From a virus (taxonomy: Duplodnaviria; Caudoviricetes), in the IMG/VR virus record IMGVR_UViG_3300025889_000273, positions 1-40,908 of that record: a DNA stretch of 40,908 bases. One strand, written 5' to 3'. Both the position numbers and the translations under genes were made by a program. This document shows, one piece after another, positions 36,033-40,908 of the stretch. Numbering within the stretch: position 1 is the stretch's first letter; every line of letters starts with the position of its first letter. Under the pieces are notes generated by a model. It saw nothing but the letters and a program-made list of their open reading frames with translations. It ran no database searches and was not told where the DNA came from.

Positions 36033-37330
36033 TGCCTGCACCATTTCCAGATTGGGCTTATGGGGACGACAACCCCACGCCTAACCTGTATTCGGTGCCG
36101 ACCATGCAGGCTTACCAGCCATCCGCGCGGGATAGGTTGGCGCGGGCGTTGATGGGTGATAGTACAAGCCAAGCGCGTCGTAACATGGTCGAGGGGCTAT
36201 TCGGTTCGACCGGCTTGGGCAGCACGGGCATGGGGCTGGTTGATTTGACGCCTGCCGGTATCCCGCTGGCTGGCAATGAAGCGCAGCGAGATTTCAATAA
36301 CGGGAACTATCTAAATTCTGTCCTGAATGCGACGGCGATGATTCCGGGTGTGAAGCCGGGGCAGGCGGTTGCCAAGACGGGAGCGCAAAAGCTGGCCAAG
36401 GCCATCGCCGGTTCTGCGGATAGCACACCAGCAGGGTTTAAGGTTTACCACGGCTCACCGCACAATTTCGACAAGTTCGACATAAGCAAGATTGGCACCG
36501 GCGAGGGCGCACAGGCTTACGGGCACGGGCTGTATTTTGCTGAGAATGAAGCGGTGGCAAAAAGCTATCGGGATGCGCTGAAAGATAAACTTGGATCGTT
36601 AATTGTGGACGGGAAACGGCTTGATGCTCCAAACGTAAGAATTGGAGACACGGACGCGCAGCAGCGGGCTGTTATTTTTGCAAAACAAGCACTCGGAGAC
36701 AACATCCCGCTAGAGGCGAAGGCGAGGGAAATAAGAATGCGGGCGCGGAACGCGGAGTTAGCCCCAAATGATTTGACAAGTTTCCAAAAAGACGGCGGCT
36801 GGGGCGATCATGAGACACTAAACAGGGCAGCAAATTTCTTGGACGAATGGGCTTCAAAAAAGGTTAATTTAGACAAAGGCCATATGTACGAGGCCCGCAT
36901 AAACGCAAATCCCGCTGACTTCCTAGATTGGGATAAGCCGTTGGCGCAGCAAAGGGGGGCTTTAGAAAAACTCAAACAAATCCAGTTAGATGATGCTGCA
37001 AAGGCTGATTTAGGTGGAGATTTGAGTTTATTGCATGGCGCGCAAAGGCCGCGCGATTTTTATGATACGCTTGCGAGCCTTTCTAATATTGGCGGCGTTA
37101 GCGGTGCGTCGGATAAATTAAAGAAAGCAGGCATCCCCGGCATTAAATACAAGGACGCGGGTTCGCGCGGCGTTGGCGACGGAACGAGCAATTTTGTTGT
37201 ATTCGATGACAAGCTAGTTGAAATTCTAAAGAAATATGGCCTCGCAGGCATAGCGGCTGGTGGTGCTGGTGGTCTTATGGCAGCGGGCAGCGGGGCGCAG
37301 CAGCGTCCGCAAATGCCGCCGCAGATGTAG
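36032..37330 (+). CDS. Putative ADP-ribosyltransferase-fold (ART-PolyVal-like) protein, possibly virion-injected
   Basis: 'VYHGSPH.FDKFD.SKIGTGEG.QAYGHGLYFAE...A..Y', 'GHMYE', 'FLDWD', 'GIPGIKY.D', 'NFVVFD'; G/A/M-rich flanks. Confidence 0.72.
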   Translation: MPAPFPDWAYGDDNPTPNLYSVPTMQAYQPSARDRLARALMGDSTSQARRNMVEGLFGSTGLGSTGMGLVDLTPAGIPLAGNEAQRDFNNGNYLNSVLNATAMIPGVKPGQAVAKTGAQKLAKAIAGSADSTPAGFKVYHGSPHNFDKFDISKIGTGEGAQAYGHGLYFAENEAVAKSYRDALKDKLGSLIVDGKRLDAPNVRIGDTDAQQRAVIFAKQALGDNIPLEAKAREIRMRARNAELAPNDLTSFQKDGGWGDHETLNRAANFLDEWASKKVNLDKGHMYEARINANPADFLDWDKPLAQQRGALEKLKQIQLDDAAKADLGGDLSLLHGAQRPRDFYDTLASLSNIGGVSGASDKLKKAGIPGIKYKDAGSRGVGDGTSNFVVFDDKLVEILKKYGLAGIAAGGAGGLMAAGSGAQQRPQMPPQM

Positions 37331-37339
37331 GAATCCTAA

Positions 37340-39607
37340 TTGTCAGACATGATCGAAACAGGCCAAGGCTATGACTCCCGCAAGGAAGTCGAGCCGGGAG
37401 CCGATACAGTCACATTCTGGCTTGACGCCATCGCTCTTTCTGAAAAGGAAGAAAACGATTGGCGTCGCGAGGCCCGAAATGTGATTTCCGTTTATCGCGG
37501 CGAGAAGGCGCAGGATTCCAGCTACAATAACGACCTGGATTTTAATATCCTGCACGCCAATGTAGAAACCATTCTCCCGGCAATCTACAATTCCCCGCCT
37601 AGCCCTGATATTCGCCGCCGATTTGGCGACAAGGATGCGACGGCCCGCGTTATCAGCCAGTTACTAGAGCGCTGCTTATCGTTCTACCAAGATGCCTACG
37701 ACTACGATTCCATGATGAATGGCGTTCTGTTCGACGGCGCGGTAGCAGGGCGTGGCATTGCCCGCGTGCGCTATGTGCCGACCATGCAGGATGGCGAGCC
37801 GGTTGATGGCGACGACCCAAGCATGGGCGGTTACGAGCGCGAAACGGTTGAATCCGAATCCGTCGCCTGTGAATATGTGAATTGGCAGCGTTTTAGGGTT
37901 GGCAAGGCTGACACATGGGAAGAAATGCCATGGATTGCCTTTGAGCATTTCCTGAGCAAAGACGAATTAAAGAAAATCACGACGCCTGACGTAATCAAGG
38001 ATATGTCGTTTGACTATTCTGTGAAGGGCAACAAGGACGATGCGCAGGAAACCCCGGACATTTACCGGCGTGCCCGTGTTTGGGAAATATGGGACAAGGA
38101 AAGCCGGAAGGTTTTCTTTATATCGGCTGGGCATGGCGAGAAGCCGCTGGCCGTGCAGGATGATCCGCTAGGGCTTGAGGCATTCTTCCCGGTTCCGCGC
38201 CCTGTCATGCCTGTTTACACTCCGGGCCGATTGACCCCGGTTTGCCCATATTCGATTTATAGAAAACTGGCCGAAGAATTAAACGCGATATCCCGTCGAA
38301 TTAAGCAGATTGTGCAACAGATACGGGTAAAAGGCGCTTATGCAATCGGCCAGTCCGACCTATCCCGACTAGCAGACGCCGACGATGGCGAGCTAATCGG
38401 GGTGGAAGGGCTCGAAATGCTCATCGAGGGCGGCATCGAGAAGGGAATAGCCTGGTGGCCGATTGAACCGGCTGTGAAGGCCCTTCAACAGCTATATCAG
38501 CAGCGCGAGCAGCTTAAACAGACCATCTACGAAGTCACCGGGATTTCCGACATTGTGCGCGGCCAGTCTGCGGCGAGTGAGACGGCAACAGCGCAACAGA
38601 TCAAGACGCAATGGGGTTCGCTGCGCATCCAGAAGCTACAGAATGACGTGCAGCGGTTTGCGCGCGATTTGTACCGGATTAAGGCGGAAATCATATCCAA
38701 CCACTTCTCCATTGACACGATGATGGAAGTGACCGGGATCAAGCTACTGCGCCAGCAGGAAAAGCAAATGATCCAGATGCAAATGCAGCAGCAACAGCCG
38801 CCGCCGCCACAACCGGGTCAACCGCCACAGCAGCCACCACAACAGCCGCAATTGCCGCCTGAAATTGCCAAGGCGATGAAGGAGCCAAGCGTTGAGGAAG
38901 TGGAGCAGGTTATCAGGTCTGACATGCTGCGGGCTTATCGCGTGGACGTGGAAAGCGATAGCACGATACGCTCCGACATGACGCGCCAGCAAAAGGCGAT
39001 GCAGGAGTTTCTACAGGGTACGAGCCAATACCTTGCCGCTGCTGGTCCTGTGGTCCAGTCCGGTATGATGCCGCCAGGACCATTGATTGAAGTCTATGCA
39101 GCGTTCGCCCGCATGTTTAAACTTGGCAAGCAGGCAGATGACGCTCTTGACCAATTGAGCGAGACGGCCAAAGAAAACCCGCCACCACCCAAGCCGGACC
39201 CCGAAGCCGAGAAGGCCAAGGCGCAAATGGCAATGGAAAAAGAAAAGGCGCAGGCCAGCCAGCAACTTGAGCAAGCCAAACTGCAAATGCAGCAGCAGGG
39301 CGAGCAAGCCAAATTGCAGATGGAACAGCAAAAGATGGCCATGGACGCGGAAGCGACACAGGCCAAGGGGCAACAGGACGCCATGCTAGCCCGTGAGAAG
39401 ATGTACGCTGACATTGAATTGCAGCGCGAGAAGATGGCGTTTGAGCAAGAAATGGCCCGCGAAAAGCTGGCCGGTGAAATGGAAATCAAGCGCATAATTG
39501 CGCAGGAACAAGCCATGCTTGCCAGCGAGGCGGCGGAACACAAGGCCGAGATCGCCGAGAAGGACGCGGAAACACGCCGAAAGTCCAAGTCAAAGGCTGA
39601 TGCCTGA
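37340..39607 (+). CDS. Portal protein (allele B)
   Basis: Nearly identical protein to 494-2758; differences concentrated in the P/Q linker and C-terminus. Confidence 0.88.
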   Translation: MSDMIETGQGYDSRKEVEPGADTVTFWLDAIALSEKEENDWRREARNVISVYRGEKAQDSSYNNDLDFNILHANVETILPAIYNSPPSPDIRRRFGDKDATARVISQLLERCLSFYQDAYDYDSMMNGVLFDGAVAGRGIARVRYVPTMQDGEPVDGDDPSMGGYERETVESESVACEYVNWQRFRVGKADTWEEMPWIAFEHFLSKDELKKITTPDVIKDMSFDYSVKGNKDDAQETPDIYRRARVWEIWDKESRKVFFISAGHGEKPLAVQDDPLGLEAFFPVPRPVMPVYTPGRLTPVCPYSIYRKLAEELNAISRRIKQIVQQIRVKGAYAIGQSDLSRLADADDGELIGVEGLEMLIEGGIEKGIAWWPIEPAVKALQQLYQQREQLKQTIYEVTGISDIVRGQSAASETATAQQIKTQWGSLRIQKLQNDVQRFARDLYRIKAEIISNHFSIDTMMEVTGIKLLRQQEKQMIQMQMQQQQPPPPQPGQPPQQPPQQPQLPPEIAKAMKEPSVEEVEQVIRSDMLRAYRVDVESDSTIRSDMTRQQKAMQEFLQGTSQYLAAAGPVVQSGMMPPGPLIEVYAAFARMFKLGKQADDALDQLSETAKENPPPPKPDPEAEKAKAQMAMEKEKAQASQQLEQAKLQMQQQGEQAKLQMEQQKMAMDAEATQAKGQQDAMLAREKMYADIELQREKMAFEQEMAREKLAGEMEIKRIIAQEQAMLASEAAEHKAEIAEKDAETRRKSKSKADA

Positions 39608-40734
39608 TGACATATAAGAACCTGACAGACCTTTCACCGGGTAATTCCACGTCAACGCCTCTTGCGGGTGGTGCGACGTTCACCGGCACGAAAGAATACA
39701 GCCCATTGCCCGACGTTATGGTGACGGTAAAAGCAGACGTTGCCGGAACGCTTTACATAGACTTTAGCATTGATGACGGGGCAAATTGGGACACGTCTAT
39801 ACCGTTCACCGTGGCTGCGGGTGTTGGCGAGTTTCACACGGCTGTCAAAGGGCCACGGCATTGCCGGGTGCGGTTTGTCAACGGCAGTTCTGCGCAATCA
39901 TACATGCGGCTGCAAACAAGCTTTGGCGTATATCGTCAGCCTAATCAGGCGGGCAAAAGCATAATCCAGCTTGACGTGGATGCCATTAGCGTCCGGCCTT
40001 CGGACTACAAGTTTGAGGTAGCGCGCGGGCTTCGTAGTGGCGCTGTCGTGTGGAATAAGTTCGGGTACAACGATGATATTGATGTAGGGACCGAAGTTGT
40101 CGCAGAATTTGGCGGGCCGTTTACGCCACTCGAGGCGGCAAGCACGCTTTCCATTGTCAGCACAAGCACAAGCGATGACGTTGGCAGCACCGGGGCAACT
40201 GGTGTTGTCGTGTATGGCGTAGATGCTAACTGGGCCACACAGACAGAAGTTGTTTTCCTTGACGGTACGACGCCTGTTATCACTACTTCGACTTGGCTTG
40301 GTATCAATAGAATGTCGGTTTATGCCGCAGGCACGGAAAAGCAGAATGTTGGCACCATAACCGCTACTGCTGTCACAGGTGGCGCGATACAAGCAACGCT
40401 TCCGGCAGGCGAGGGGACAAGCCAGCAAGCTATCTTCTTTGTGAAAGCCAGTGCTCAAGCGTTAATGACATATCTATTTTTCAATGTTGAGAAGTTCACC
40501 ATTGGCACGGACCCGATAGCGACGTTTAAGCTATGGGTATATAGTGCCGTGTCCAATGCAAAATATGAAGTTACCCGATATTTGCTGAATGCTGGCGTTC
40601 AACAGTCGGCACAACTGACATTCCCCACGCCGCTTATTATCGGCGAAAAGTCTGCCATGTGGATTGAATGCACGACGACGCAAAACAACACATCGACAAG
40701 CGCCCGTTTTTCTCTTGTCCTGGTTGATAACTGA
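39607..40734 (+). CDS. Beta-rich putative virion protein (two domains), allele B only
   Basis: T/S/G/V-rich; 'STPLAGGATFTG', 'KFGYN.DID', 'E.V.L.GTTPV.T'; TGATG coupling at both ends. Confidence 0.6.
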   Translation: MTYKNLTDLSPGNSTSTPLAGGATFTGTKEYSPLPDVMVTVKADVAGTLYIDFSIDDGANWDTSIPFTVAAGVGEFHTAVKGPRHCRVRFVNGSSAQSYMRLQTSFGVYRQPNQAGKSIIQLDVDAISVRPSDYKFEVARGLRSGAVVWNKFGYNDDIDVGTEVVAEFGGPFTPLEAASTLSIVSTSTSDDVGSTGATGVVVYGVDANWATQTEVVFLDGTTPVITTSTWLGINRMSVYAAGTEKQNVGTITATAVTGGAIQATLPAGEGTSQQAIFFVKASAQALMTYLFFNVEKFTIGTDPIATFKLWVYSAVSNAKYEVTRYLLNAGVQQSAQLTFPTPLIIGEKSAMWIECTTTQNNTSTSARFSLVLVDN

Positions 40735-40908
40735 TGGCCACTAATCAGGAATTACAGCAAGCCAGCGTCCGCGCTGTTACCGGCACGGCGTACAGCTACA
40801 ATGACGACTGGATGGCATTGTTTGACCTGCAAGGGATTGCAGAAGGCGCATTCAACGACCGGATGCTTGTGTTTCTAAATGGCTATCTTGGAACAAGCTA
40901 TAAAAACA
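40734..40908 (+). CDS. Head spike/fibre protein N-terminus (partial, allele B)
   Basis: MATNQELQQASVRAVTG..., homologous to 2758 onward; truncated by window end. Confidence 0.85.
   Translation, partial: MATNQELQQASVRAVTGTAYSYNDDWMALFDLQGIAEGAFNDRMLVFLNGYLGTSYKN

Larger units (their letters stand above)
35540..40908 (+). repeat. Copy B of diverged direct repeat, with two additional genes
   Basis: Colinear with 1-2932 except for insertions at about 36032-37335 and 39607-40733. Confidence 0.97.

Noticed and set aside
36032-37330. Insert as intron, intein or homing endonuclease
   Set aside because: It lies between intact genes and has no LAGLIDADG/HNH/GIY-YIG or splice motifs

Overview
The window reads as an essentially complete temperate, short-tailed (podovirus-type, P22/T7-like tail architecture) phage of an alphaproteobacterial host, probably Hyphomicrobiales. 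On the + strand it runs: terminase C-terminus, portal, head genes, tail adaptor/nozzle, three ejection proteins, fibres/tailspike, lysis genes and a metallophosphoesterase cluster. Then come an intact attP-like site carrying the 3' part of tRNA-Phe, a leftward operon (integrase, HNH, YqaJ exonuclease, ERF), a lambda-like cI/cro switch with mirrored promoters and operators, a rightward early/replication operon, and terS-terL. The terL-end/portal/next-gene block occurs twice (1-2932 and 35540-40908) as diverged alleles. The second allele carries two extra genes inserted exactly at stop/start junctions: a putative ADP-ribosyltransferase-fold (ART-PolyVal-like) protein between terL and portal, and a beta-rich protein after the portal. 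The window ends in exact identities to internal sequence (108 nt at the left, 127 nt at the right). This points to either an assembly path through two co-occurring phage variants or the junction of two related prophages in tandem at tRNA-Phe. All product calls come from motif recognition and synteny, not database searches.
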